NCBI GenBank assembly: GCA_050331235.1
Contig: JBHJHA010000011.1
Span: 1 to 64,000 of the forward strand
Source of the DNA: Leptolyngbyaceae cyanobacterium
GTDB taxonomy: Bacteria; Cyanobacteriota; Cyanobacteriia; Phormidesmidales; Phormidesmidaceae
Direction of reading: 5' to 3'
DNA: 64,000 nucleotides
The notes beneath the pieces are model-generated. The model was not told where the DNA came from. It searched no databases and saw only the letters and a program-made list of their open reading frames with translations. Of the stretch, positions 20,906 to 30,988 are shown piece by piece. Made by a program: the position numbers and the translations under genes. How positions within the stretch are numbered: position 1 is the first letter of the stretch; each line of letters begins with the position of its first letter.

Positions 20906-21721
20906 ATGAAGGCTGCGCATTGCAGACATATCCCAGGGTTGCTCAGTCTCATTGCTTTACTGGCGCTGCCTGGGGCAGCTGAGGCGGCAACGCTGATTTT
21001 GGGTGCTAGCAGCCAGTCTCGCTACAGTCAAGACGGCACAGATTTTGCTGCGTTTTTTCCGTCAGAGCCTATTGGCAATACCTTTACCGGGTTTCAAGAT
21101 GAGTTGGAGTATCGTGCTTACTTTGTCTTCGATGTGAGTACTATCTCTTCTCCCATCGCGAGCGGCAAGCTAAAACTGATGAATAAGCGATACTACTCAT
21201 CTGCTAACAGTGAGGCGATCGCCCTCTACGATGTCAACACTCCGGTTGCCAGTTTGGTGGGAGGCGTCCAGCAGCCAGAAATTTTTGACGATCTGGGTGA
21301 GGGAACGGTCTACGGTAATGCCACAGTGTTTGCCACGCCCCCACAGAATGACTTTGACAATGTAGTCGAAGAGTTTTTTGAGGTCACCCTGACGTCAGCA
21401 GCCATTCAGGACATTAATCAAGCAGCGGCTCAAGGGGATGATTTTTTTGCGCTCGGTGTGCGATTAGTAGAAACGGGTGAGCCTTCCCCCTATGTCTTCA
21501 CAACCCCGATTGTGGCTGGGCGCACCACCGAGGGCATCATTTTTTCTGGCGGCCCCTATGACCCTATTCAAGATTCAGAAACTCTGGGAGAGCTCATCTT
21601 GGAAACTGCGCCTCCACCCCCAACAGATGTTCCAGAGCCCGCAGGGGTTATGAGTATTTTGGCGCTGGGCAGCGCTGGAGCGATCGCCCAGCGGTTAGCT
21701 AAGCGGCAGCCGCCTCGATGA
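20906..21721 (+). CDS. PEP-CTERM sorting domain protein
   Basis: Signal peptide (...PGAAEA|AT) and C-terminal VPEPAGVMSILALGSAGAIAQRLAKR. Confidence 0.88.
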   Translation: MKAAHCRHIPGLLSLIALLALPGAAEAATLILGASSQSRYSQDGTDFAAFFPSEPIGNTFTGFQDELEYRAYFVFDVSTISSPIASGKLKLMNKRYYSSANSEAIALYDVNTPVASLVGGVQQPEIFDDLGEGTVYGNATVFATPPQNDFDNVVEEFFEVTLTSAAIQDINQAAAQGDDFFALGVRLVETGEPSPYVFTTPIVAGRTTEGIIFSGGPYDPIQDSETLGELILETAPPPPTDVPEPAGVMSILALGSAGAIAQRLAKRQPPR

Positions 21722-21732
21722 GGTCGGTGGAA

Positions 21733-22116
21733 TCAGCTGCGGGACTGGGAAACATGGTAAGTGATGAACTGCCGCAAAATCCCCAGAGTTTCCGCGCGGA
21801 ACTCAGGCAGCATCGGCATCTCCGAGAGCCCCAGAGAGGTGCGATAGATACTGCCAATGACAAAGTTCCACCGTTCGGTGCGATCGCGAATGATCGTCTC
21901 TAGCTGCGGCTGTAGCGATGCCACCATATCAGCGCATTGTCCAACGAATAGCTCACCTAGCCCCGCGGGTAAATCCGTGCAAACCTCTTCTGAGAGGTAG
22001 GTCTCAGCCTGAGCACTAATGTAGCGGGTATACGCATCTGGGCCTGGATTGGTGATAGTCAATGCCGCGATAGCGATCGCTAAGACCGTCGCACTGAGAA
22101 AAACAGAGAGTTTCAT
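21733..22116 (-). CDS. DUF4359-like protein
   Basis: N-terminal TM followed by TNP, a Cys pair, T-x-R-x-NFVIGSIYRT and T-x-GI-x-x-QF. Confidence 0.75.
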   Translation of the reverse strand: MKLSVFLSATVLAIAIAALTITNPGPDAYTRYISAQAETYLSEEVCTDLPAGLGELFVGQCADMVASLQPQLETIIRDRTERWNFVIGSIYRTSLGLSEMPMLPEFRAETLGILRQFITYHVSQSRS

Positions 22117-22331
22117 AATTGACGATATATCTCTAGCAATACCTGGGTATTCCGCACAAAGCGGGTCCAGACCTTCAGTCGAATATGGCCGTTTTTCGCT
22201 TAGTCTAGCCCGTCTTAGGCATGATTATTGGCATTACCCAATTCAGCCGCCGGGACGCATAACCTACGCCAATTTTTTTCCAGGCTCTTGTCAGCAAAAC
22301 GGGATGAAATGCTATATTGAGAAACGCACAT

Positions 22332-22405
22332 GGCGAGCGTAGCCAAGGGGTTAAGGCAGCGGATTGTGGTTCCGCCACTCGGGGGTTCGAATCCCCTCGT
22401 TCGCC
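22332..22405 (+). tRNA. tRNA-His(GTG)
   Basis: Cloverleaf with acceptor stem GCGAGCG/CGTTCGC and G-1, anticodon loop TT-GTG-GT, and T-loop GGTTCGAATCC. Confidence 0.96.
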
Positions 22406-22562
22406 CTTAATTTTTTACACCACAGTGCCGTTGGGAGAAGCGAGTATGGCTCTCTTACGCAAGCCGTGGTTCAATCTTCTAAAACTTCCTCAGTAATATT
22501 TCCTGTTGGATTCAAGGCCCTCCTCAACAGACCAATCGCTGACTGTGTATCGGTTGCCGGGC

Positions 22563-23225
22563 TCATTTTCGGGTCAAATATCGGTAATAATGCCATAGCA
22601 AATGAGCCACTGCGCCACGATAGGGTTGTAAGGTCCTTGTCTGGGCGACTAAAGTTTGACGATTCGGACGAGCGTCCAAGCCGCTGAGGTGTTGGAGTCC
22701 TTTTTGAATGGCTAGATCCGAGGCAGGGAAGCTATCCAGTCGTTCTAGGCAAAATAGCAAGTAGACTTCCGCTGTCCAGATACCGATGCCTTTAACCTGA
22801 GTCAGTTGGTTAATGACATCGCCATCGGACAAATGCGGAAATGCCTCCAACTGCACTAGTCCTGACAAAATTGCGGCCGACAACCGACGGCAGGTGCCCA
22901 CCTTAGCACAGCTTAACCCAAGTTGCTTGAGGGTGGCTTCAGAGGTATAAACTAGGCTTTGAGGAGTCATTTCTACCTGCTGATATAAACGTTCAAAGAT
23001 GGCCTGAGCGGCCCATGACGAAAGCTGTTGCCCTAAGATAATCCGGATTAAAGAGGGAAATCCCCTGGGCCAACTGCGCACCGATAGAGGGCCGGCGATC
23101 GCCTCAATGGATTGCAGCTTCGGATCGCGATCGTACACAATCGTCACGGCCTCCCGGAGCAGTGGGCTGGGAGGAAACAGCGCCTCCGCTCGGAACCGAG
23201 AGACTTCATTAGGGTCCATGGTCAT
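22563..23225 (-). CDS. DNA-3-methyladenine glycosylase II (AlkA/HhH-GPD family)
   Basis: Motifs ILGQQLS, HhH LTQVKGIGIWTA, FPASD and PYR...LLW. Confidence 0.9.
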   Translation of the reverse strand: MTMDPNEVSRFRAEALFPPSPLLREAVTIVYDRDPKLQSIEAIAGPLSVRSWPRGFPSLIRIILGQQLSSWAAQAIFERLYQQVEMTPQSLVYTSEATLKQLGLSCAKVGTCRRLSAAILSGLVQLEAFPHLSDGDVINQLTQVKGIGIWTAEVYLLFCLERLDSFPASDLAIQKGLQHLSGLDARPNRQTLVAQTRTLQPYRGAVAHLLWHYYRYLTRK

Positions 23226-23641
23226 CAATTAACAGTAGCAAATCAACACGGCAAGATTTACGCATGGCCCCCTTGCATCCCCTAAATCTTGGGGGAAAGT
23301 TGCATACGATCTTGGCCCTTAATCTCCAGATTGCATGCAACTGCGGAAGTCCCATACGGGCTAGTAACCGATAGGGGTTGGCAGATTGAACCAGAAAATC
23401 TGGAACCTGGAGTCTCAGATCCAACCGCCAACAGTTTGTGAAGGAAGCGCCCCTTGACATCTTGCTGCTGTCTCCATCGGTAAAGCCACCATTGAGGCTG
23501 AGCGCGAGTTCGGAGCCCCCGGGGAAGGCAATTTTCTACAAAAATTCAGCAAGCTGATTCAAGCATTATCCAGCACAGTCCTCGATAGTAGTGATTGTAA
23601 ATAACGCGTCACTGACGTGTTTTTAGCAGAGGAGCAAGGCT

Positions 23642-24745
23642 ATGGATTATTACACACTGGGTAACACTGGTCTCAAAGTCAGTCGTTTAGCCCTCGGCAC
23701 GATGACCTTTGGCGATGATTGGGGATGGGGGGCTGATGAAGCCAATGCCCGCCAACTATTCGACATTTATCTAGAAGCCGGTGGCAACTTTTTTGACACC
23801 GCCGATCTATACACCAACGGCAATAGTGAGCGCATGCTCGGGCGATTCATTCAAGAAAGCGGGACCCGCGATCGCGTCGTCATCACCACCAAGTTCTCTT
23901 ATAACGCTGAGCCCAATAATCCCAACGCAGGCGGCAATGGCCGCAAAAATATCCTGCGCGCAGTCGAAGGATCCCTAAAACGGCTCAATACTGACTATAT
24001 TGACGTTTACATGCTACATACCTGGGATTTGGTAACCCCGGCAGCCGAGGTCATGCGGACCCTGGATGATCTCGTCCGCTCGGGCAAGGTGCGCTACATC
24101 GGCCTATCTGATGCACCGGCTTGGTATGTCGCCCAGGCGCAAACCATCGCTCAGGAGCGCCATTGGGAGCCCGTCAGCACGGTGCAGTTGGAATACTCCC
24201 TTGCGGAACGTCACATCGAGTTTGAATACACGGCGCTGGCACGGCATTTAAGTCCAAGTATCATGGTGTGGTCGCCATTAGCCAGTGGGTTGCTCTCAGG
24301 CAAATATCGCCCGTCTGAGCAAGGGGGCGAGGGTGAGGGGCGGTTAGCCATGCTGGCTGGTAGTGGCAATCCCGCTTTTGATAAATTTACTGACAAGAAT
24401 TGGGCGATTGTGGCGGAATTAGAAAAAGTGGCCCAGGAGTTGGAGCGATCCATGGCTCAAATTGCTCTCAACTGGGTCGCCAATCGTCCTAGTGTTGCCT
24501 CTGTGATTGTAGGTGCGACCAAGCTACACCAGCTCAAAGACAACTTGGGGGCCTTAGACTTTGCGATTCCACCAGCGCTCCATCAGCGACTAGAGTCTAT
24601 AAGTCGTCCAGCCAGGCAGTTTCCTTACACCTTCTTTGAGCCCAGCCTACAGGGCATGATCAATGGTGGTGCCACGGTTGGCGATAAACCTCAGTCTTAC
24701 CAGCAGGCTGTCTTGGTCGAGGGAGCGGGAGCAGGAGTCAGCTAG
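23642..24745 (+). CDS. Aldo/keto reductase
   Basis: Motifs LGxTGLKVSRLALGTMTFG, DTADLY, SLKRLNTDYID, GKVRYIG and WSPLASGLLSGKY; SD GAGGAG. Confidence 0.95.
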   Translation: MDYYTLGNTGLKVSRLALGTMTFGDDWGWGADEANARQLFDIYLEAGGNFFDTADLYTNGNSERMLGRFIQESGTRDRVVITTKFSYNAEPNNPNAGGNGRKNILRAVEGSLKRLNTDYIDVYMLHTWDLVTPAAEVMRTLDDLVRSGKVRYIGLSDAPAWYVAQAQTIAQERHWEPVSTVQLEYSLAERHIEFEYTALARHLSPSIMVWSPLASGLLSGKYRPSEQGGEGEGRLAMLAGSGNPAFDKFTDKNWAIVAELEKVAQELERSMAQIALNWVANRPSVASVIVGATKLHQLKDNLGALDFAIPPALHQRLESISRPARQFPYTFFEPSLQGMINGGATVGDKPQSYQQAVLVEGAGAGVS

Positions 24746-24835
24746 AACGGCAAATTCCCCTAACGGAGACACCGATCACGATCGCTGATCGGGGGCTGCG
24801 CTCGTTGGCGATCGCAGAAGCATCATCCGCGCCCA

Positions 24836-26104
24836 TCATTCCGTGGCTGGAGGCACAGCAGTAGCCGTTTCAGCCGCAGCGAGCCGCGCCAACTGCTGCT
24901 GTAGCGCTTGGTAGTCGGTACGAGACATCGCGACTCCACCAGGGGCTACAAACTGCTGTTCTAACGGTCCCAAAGCGACGGCCACCTGCGCTTGGCGCTC
25001 TAGGATTTCAGCGCTGGAGAGGAGATCACTAAGACCATAAATCAAATCTCGGATATTGTTACGAATCGCCGGATCGCCTGTGAGCTGGTCAACGTCAGAC
25101 AAAACTTTTTGGGCTCCTTGGAACACATCTCGTGCTGAGTCCAACGTTTGCTGGAGTAGAAGAACATTTGCTGGCTGGTTAATCGAACCAGTCAGGTTAC
25201 GAATATCCACCGAAGCATCACGAAAATTGGCCGAGGCTTCAGCCGCGTTTGCCGACAGTGCTCGCAAATCTTCAACCAGTTGCGGATCTTCAATTTCGTT
25301 CGCCAGGTTGTCCAGTATGCCGGAAAGCCGCTCGCTACCCTGACTGATATTGCTGATCGTCGTGGTCAAGTTCAATCGATTAGCCGCGAGCAACCCCCGC
25401 ACGTCAGTCGCCGTGAGCTGAAACTCCTGGGCAGCGGCAGCGGCGCTGTTGGTCGCCTGCTGCACTGAGTCGCTCAACGGTGCGACTTCCGATTGGGCCG
25501 CGAGAGTCAATTCAGTCAGTTCGGTGGTTAGCTTTGTAGCCTCTTCGGTAAAAGCAGTCGTATTGTTTAGAGTTGCTTTCAAACTGCTGATCAGTTCTGG
25601 ATCAGCCAATGCCGTTGCCAGGGTCTCAGCGGAACGCAGTAGCGATTCATAGCTAACTCCGGTAACGCCAGCCAGCTGGTCACCATCGCAGATAATCGCT
25701 CCGGCCTCACAGTCAGACGCTGTAGGACTCACGTCTTGTTGCGCTTCAGTCAGCTCCACCATCGGCGTGATATCAATCGTAGTCTCGCCGATAAAGCCTG
25801 ATTGGTTAGCGGCCACTCGCAAGTCTTCTTCTGGGATCCGGAGACTCGCCTGGGTAATTTCTAGCCGCACATCGACCTCGTTGCTGCTGGGTTGAATATC
25901 GATGACTCGGCCTACCGGCACGCCTCGATAGCGGACAGCCGTACCGACCTGCATACCGGCCGTGTCTTTGAAGGTAACCACCATGTTGTAATTGCGATTG
26001 CCAGGATTGAGGCCCCGAAGCCAGAGGACTAAGCCCCCAAATAACCCCACCCCAATTAGAATTAATAGCCCCACAGAGCCTTCACGAATTGCTCTTGCCC
26101 GCAT
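24836..26104 (-). CDS. MlaD/MCE-family lipid ABC transporter substrate-binding protein (Ycf22/TGD2-like)
   Basis: REGSVGL N-terminus, TM segment, MCE domain (GxxVRYRGVxVG) and long helical C-terminus. Confidence 0.9.
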   Translation of the reverse strand: MRARAIREGSVGLLILIGVGLFGGLVLWLRGLNPGNRNYNMVVTFKDTAGMQVGTAVRYRGVPVGRVIDIQPSSNEVDVRLEITQASLRIPEEDLRVAANQSGFIGETTIDITPMVELTEAQQDVSPTASDCEAGAIICDGDQLAGVTGVSYESLLRSAETLATALADPELISSLKATLNNTTAFTEEATKLTTELTELTLAAQSEVAPLSDSVQQATNSAAAAAQEFQLTATDVRGLLAANRLNLTTTISNISQGSERLSGILDNLANEIEDPQLVEDLRALSANAAEASANFRDASVDIRNLTGSINQPANVLLLQQTLDSARDVFQGAQKVLSDVDQLTGDPAIRNNIRDLIYGLSDLLSSAEILERQAQVAVALGPLEQQFVAPGGVAMSRTDYQALQQQLARLAAAETATAVPPATE

Positions 26105-26161
26105 TTGAATACTCCGTTACCACACCAATGGAAACACGCTCGCGTAACAATTAGTCGAGAA

Positions 26162-26995
26162 TTACTGAACTAGCTGAATGGGGCCCTCAACGTTGCCACT
26201 GAAAAATTGTCGGACAAACGGGTTGTCAGTTTCATCGATTTCGGCGATCGCCCCAGTCCATTGAATTTTACCCCGGTGCAAGAATATCACTCGGTCTGCC
26301 GTCCGGCGGATCGTACTGTCTTGGTGGGTGACGATGATATAGGAGCTGCACCCCCGCCCCCGCTGAATATCGCGGATCAAATCCTCAATCACGGTAGAGG
26401 CGATGGGGTCGAGACCGGCAGTCGGTTCATCATATAGCAGCAACGCTGGTCGATCAGTCGGATTTTGGGGGTTAGAGACGATCGCCCGCGCAAAACTCAC
26501 CCGCTTTCGCATGCCCCCTGACAGCTCAGCGGGGTAGCGATCAGCGATGCCAGGCAGTCCCACCATGTCTAAGACATCTTCCACCAAGCCATGAATTTGT
26601 TGAGCCGATAGATTGGAATGCTGATACAGCAAAAACCCCACATTCTCTTCCACCGTTAAAGAGTCGAACAAGGCCGCTTGTTGAAACACCATGCCAATGC
26701 CGACAGGATCCTGGGCATCTTCAATTAGTCCGATGCGCCGCTCACCCGCAACGTAGATATCGCCTTCATCTGGTGGTAACAGGCCCGCGATAATGCGTAA
26801 GATGGTCGACTTGCCAGTCCCCGATGGGCCAATAATGGCGATCGCTTCCCCACGGTACATAGTGAGATCAAGCCCGTCGAGAACGCGGTTGGTACCAAAG
26901 GTTTTCGAAATTCCTTTCAGCTCAATCAACGGCTCATTACTATCGCAATCACTAGAAGCCTGAGATGAGGATGGGTCAAAAAGTGCATCTGTCAT
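26162..26995 (-). CDS. MlaF/TGD3-like ABC transporter ATP-binding protein
   Basis: Walker A GPSGTGKS, signature LSGGMRKRV and YDEPTAGLDP; co-oriented directly upstream of the mlaD-like gene. Confidence 0.92.
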   Translation of the reverse strand: MTDALFDPSSSQASSDCDSNEPLIELKGISKTFGTNRVLDGLDLTMYRGEAIAIIGPSGTGKSTILRIIAGLLPPDEGDIYVAGERRIGLIEDAQDPVGIGMVFQQAALFDSLTVEENVGFLLYQHSNLSAQQIHGLVEDVLDMVGLPGIADRYPAELSGGMRKRVSFARAIVSNPQNPTDRPALLLYDEPTAGLDPIASTVIEDLIRDIQRGRGCSSYIIVTHQDSTIRRTADRVIFLHRGKIQWTGAIAEIDETDNPFVRQFFSGNVEGPIQLVQ

Positions 26996-27220
26996 AGACG
27001 AGCTCAAAAGTGAATCAGGCAATAAAGCTGCAGTTATAAGGACAGGTCAGAAAGTGACCGAGAGCGGCTTCACACGCTTTCCTTTTAATGTTAAAGATTA
27101 ACAGTCAGAATAGACGCCGACTAGTGACCCGCTTAGCTTGGCTTTGAGATATCATGCGTCGCAGCTTTGCCCTGTCAGTCTCCATCATGGCTGATTTATT
27201 GTGAAAGCTATCCTTAGGAC

Positions 27221-28609
27221 ATGTTCTTTAACTCCTTGAACAAATCGTTCTCTCAGCTTCTGCGTCGTTTACGTAACGAAACGAATCGGCTCACGCCCGC
27301 TCCGCCTCGCCAAGTCAATCGCGCTTTGAAATGGTTGGCCCCTGGCTTACTCGTTAAGCGGTGGTTATTTCTGAGTGTTGGCGGCGTTTTGCTGGTGGGC
27401 GTGGGAATTTTAATTTCCCTTAGATTAACTCCAGTCTTTTACACTGTGCAATTTTTGGGGTCAACGCTCCGGTTTTTGACTCAACTTATTCCAAACTAAG
27501 TCAGTGGCCCCCTCGCAATTGTGATGGGTCTTTTGTTCATTCTTTGGGGTCAGACTCGGACCCTCGGCGCGATTACTGAAGTATTGTTACCGGGCAACGA
27601 GACTGAATTAGTTGACGTACTCATGCAGGAACGTCGCCTGTCTCGCGGTCCCAAAGTCGTCGTCATTGGCGGGGGCACCGGACTCTCCAATCTATTGCGC
27701 GGGCTCAAACAACACAGTCATAACATTACCGCCATCGTTACGGTGGCTGACGATGGTGGCTCTTCGGGACGACTTCGCCGGGAAAACGGCATCCTGCCCC
27801 CAGGCGATATTCGTAACTGCTTAGCGGCGCTAGCTGACGAAGAAAAACTCTTGACGGAGCTGTTCCAATACCGCTTTAAGGCTGGTGGTGGCTTGGTTGG
27901 GCATAGTTTTGGCAACCTGTTTCTCACGGCAATGAATGATATTACCGGTGATCTCGAACAGGCGATCGCGGCCAGTTCCAAAGTATTAGCCGTCCGTGGT
28001 CAGGTATTACCGGCGACGCTAAGTGATGTGAAACTATGGGCCGAGCTGAGCGACGGACGCCGCATCGAAGGGGAGTCCCAAATTCCTAAGGCGGCGGGCA
28101 AAATCGTCAATGTCGGCTGCTCACCGGCCGATCCTCCAGCCCTGCCGAAGGCGATCAAAGCTATTAGAGAAGCTGATTTCATCGTCTTTGGCCCCGGTAG
28201 TCTGTACACCAGCATCATCCCTAATCTGTTGGTTCCAGAGATTGTTGATGCGATCGCTACCCGAGCCGTGCCCCGGATTTATGTGTGCAATGTCATGACC
28301 GAGCCGGGTGAGACTCAAAGCTATGCAGTTTCTGACCACATTCGAGCCATTGACACAGCCTGCGGCAAGCGCCTGTTTGATGCGGTCCTGGTACAACGTC
28401 GCGCCCCGACGGAGACAGCGCAACAGCATTACGCCAAGACGGGAGCAGGCCCCGTTTATCTAGACCGAGAAACCGTTTTGAATGCTGGTCGACGCATCAT
28501 CCTGGCTAACGTAATGGAAGAGTCCCCTTATGGCTCAGTGCGTCACCATCCGCAGCGGCTGGCGCGGGTTTTGATGCGCTGGTACTCGCGCACCCAGGGT
28601 CTTTGGTAG
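27221..28609 (+). pseudogene. yvcK: YvcK/UPF0052 (gluconeogenesis factor family) gene interrupted by one in-frame TAA at 27497-27499
   Basis: ORFs 27221-27499 and 27521-28609 are in the same frame (...[12 protein letters not shown]...). YvcK motifs GGGTG, DDGGSSG, PGDIRN, GHSFGN and GPGSLYTS are intact. Could be a sequencing error. Confidence 0.75.
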
Positions 28610-28694
28610 CTCTGAGGATTAGATATCGGGCAAAACCGCTGATGCTAGGCGAGGCGTAACATGACAAAATAACGGTTGCTTTCGACCCCGTTTA

Positions 28695-29717
28695 TTGATG
28701 ACCGGGTTTAATAGGAGATTGCAAACCTCTGGAGTCCCCCATCCGGTGAATTCTGCTGCTGATCCGTTACGCCGCCGCTGCTATCGTTTACTACTGACTT
28801 GGTTATGGATCAGCCTTTTGGTATTAGGCGTTGAGGTGATCGCCGGTTGGACAACGCGATCGCTGTTGCTCTTTGCCGAAGCACTCCATACGTTCATCGA
28901 TGCCTTTAGCATCGTCCTTAGCCTAGTGGCTGTCGCCTCCGCCCAACGTCCCTTAGGGCGAGAGGTCTGGGGACATGGCCGGGCCGAGGTCGCTGGCACC
29001 CTGGCCGTGGTTTCGCTCTTGGGCTTCACCGGTCTCAGTCTCATTTTCACAGCGCTACGCCAAGGCACCAATGCCTTCACGGGCTCCCAAGTCCCTCTCC
29101 AGGTCATGATTGAACGCCCCGTGGTTTATCTGATGGTGGCTTTAATTGGGCTCCTGTTGGCGATCGCCGTTTATGCTTACTACAAGGTCGAGGATTTTGG
29201 CAGTTTAGCCCTGTCGCTCCACACCCAACATGTACTCAGCGACGCTTGGCTGTCAGGGGTCACGTTGGCCGGTCTGATTGCCATTTGGCAGCAGCAGACA
29301 TGGGTTGATCCCTGCTTAGCTGTCCTGCTAACGCTGTTTGCTATTCGCAGTTTGTGGCAGGTGCTCTATGATCAGTTGCCAACATTACTCCGTCCCATGG
29401 CCATTGCCCCCGAGGCGATCGCCTCCCTGGTCACGCAGGTTGAGGGGGTGACCCGCTGTGTGCGAATTCGCTCGCGGGGGCTAGTCGGCCGACAGGTTTG
29501 GATCGACCTGCACCTCGTCATTCACCCTGAGTTTTTGGGCGTAGCCCACATTGTCGGAGAACGGGTCGAGGCAGCGCTGAGGCTACGGTATGGACCTCTG
29601 CAAACCCAAATTTGGTTCGAAGAATCTCAGCCCAATCCCACGGCCTATCTCAACTATCCTGATGCTGAGTGGTCAGCACCAGAGGATTCCTCTGATCGCT
29701 GGCTCGAGGGTAGATAA
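28695..29717 (+). CDS. Cation diffusion facilitator (CDF) family transporter (start may be GTG 28746)
   Basis: About six TM segments, HxxxD motifs (HTFID, HVLSD), WGHGRAE and a C-terminal RSR...DLHL domain. Confidence 0.85.
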   Translation: MMTGFNRRLQTSGVPHPVNSAADPLRRRCYRLLLTWLWISLLVLGVEVIAGWTTRSLLLFAEALHTFIDAFSIVLSLVAVASAQRPLGREVWGHGRAEVAGTLAVVSLLGFTGLSLIFTALRQGTNAFTGSQVPLQVMIERPVVYLMVALIGLLLAIAVYAYYKVEDFGSLALSLHTQHVLSDAWLSGVTLAGLIAIWQQQTWVDPCLAVLLTLFAIRSLWQVLYDQLPTLLRPMAIAPEAIASLVTQVEGVTRCVRIRSRGLVGRQVWIDLHLVIHPEFLGVAHIVGERVEAALRLRYGPLQTQIWFEESQPNPTAYLNYPDAEWSAPEDSSDRWLEGR

Positions 29718-29733
29718 GTGTGAACCGAGAACT

Positions 29734-30810
29734 TTAGCTCAGGCTACCTCGAAGCTGCTGTTCCCGCTCAATCGCCTCAAACAGCGCTTGAAAGTTCCCC
29801 TCCCCGAAGCCCTCGGCCTGCTGCATTCCAGTGGCAGTTTGTTGATACTGCCGCTCAATGAACTCCCAGAAAAAGGTTGGTCGATCAAAGAGTGGCTGGG
29901 TGAAGGTCTGGAGGAGACGCGTGTGGGGACTGTCGGCAGGCCAATCTACCAAGATTTGCTGCTGGGCGATCGCGGTCCAGTCTCCCGCCTGTCGCCAAAA
30001 ACCGGAACGGTTTGGCAACTGGGCATAATAGCTGTCGGGAACCGACAAGAAAGTCAGGCCCTGCTGTCGGAGTCGAGCTACCGTTTGGATCAGGTCTGGG
30101 GTGCGCAAAGCCACATGTTGAATCCCCGCCCCACGATGTTGGGTGATAAATTCTTGAATTTGCGAATTTTGAGAAGTGGGCTCATTGATTGGCAACGTCG
30201 CGTCACCTTGGGGATGCTGGAGCACAATACTGCGCAAGCCAGAACGCGGCGTTTCAATGACAAACTGTTGGCGGGGCGAAAACTCTAAACAGCGCTCGTA
30301 CCAAGCCGCTGCCGCCGTCAGCTCTCCTTCGGCAACATTCAATACGGCATGGTCAATGTTGAGCCACGCGATCGCCTTGTCCACTATTGGGCGCGGCGAG
30401 ACCAACCGTTCATGGATAGGCGTCGGATACTCAATCAAGGTATGTGATAGCCCCCCCCACCCTCGTACCCGGCACCACCGGAGATTGCCCACAGCGGTCT
30501 GGAGCGATTGAATCGGCTGCTGTAACCGTTCACCAACTTGGTGAATGTGCGCCACGAGGGCATCTAAATCCTTGACCCGAAAGGCTAAATCACCTACCCC
30601 TTCAGAGTAGCGCTGAAGAAAATGCTGGACCTCTGGCCGACCGGGGTGCGGTGATGACAACAGCACTAAGATGTGCTCATGTTGGACAGCAAAGTCACCC
30701 CACTCCTGAATGAGCGGGTGGGCGATCGGCCAAAAATCAAGCGTGTTGACCAGCCAGTCGCGCCAAGCCCGAGCATTATTCACAAAGAGATGCAGATATT
30801 CAAAATTCAT
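29734..30810 (-). CDS. hppD: 4-hydroxyphenylpyruvate dioxygenase
   Basis: Motifs IDHAVLNV, PINEP, SQIQEF, GAGIQHVAL, FWEFIER and GFGEGNFQALFEAIEREQ. Confidence 0.95.
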   Translation of the reverse strand: MNFEYLHLFVNNARAWRDWLVNTLDFWPIAHPLIQEWGDFAVQHEHILVLLSSPHPGRPEVQHFLQRYSEGVGDLAFRVKDLDALVAHIHQVGERLQQPIQSLQTAVGNLRWCRVRGWGGLSHTLIEYPTPIHERLVSPRPIVDKAIAWLNIDHAVLNVAEGELTAAAAWYERCLEFSPRQQFVIETPRSGLRSIVLQHPQGDATLPINEPTSQNSQIQEFITQHRGAGIQHVALRTPDLIQTVARLRQQGLTFLSVPDSYYAQLPNRSGFWRQAGDWTAIAQQQILVDWPADSPHTRLLQTFTQPLFDRPTFFWEFIERQYQQTATGMQQAEGFGEGNFQALFEAIEREQQLRGSLS

Positions 30811-30988
30811 CCCAAAATCAGCGTCTCCTGAGCCTACACAGCATACTGTAAGCACGGAATCTGAAGTTTGTGTAGTTGCAAGGGGGAGATTTTAGAAAGC
30901 CAGCAGCTTTTGCCCCGCCCTTGAGGCGATCGTTGCCAGAAGTCGTGATGGCATTCTTGTGAACACTCAGCCACCTGACCAACGCCAC

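Noticed and set aside
22406..24745. Genomic island at tRNA-His (alkA-like and aldo/keto reductase genes)
   Set aside because: I see no integrase, att duplication or clear compositional shift, and HIP1 sites are present.
27497..27499. TAA recoding (alternative genetic code) as the explanation for the yvcK stop
   Set aside because: Conserved genes in the window such as apt, glnB and corA end normally at TAA.
29590..30288. 232-aa plus-strand ORF, and many similar short overlapping ORFs in the track
   Set aside because: These are antisense or alternative-frame shadows of well-supported genes (here hppD) with no recognisable motifs.
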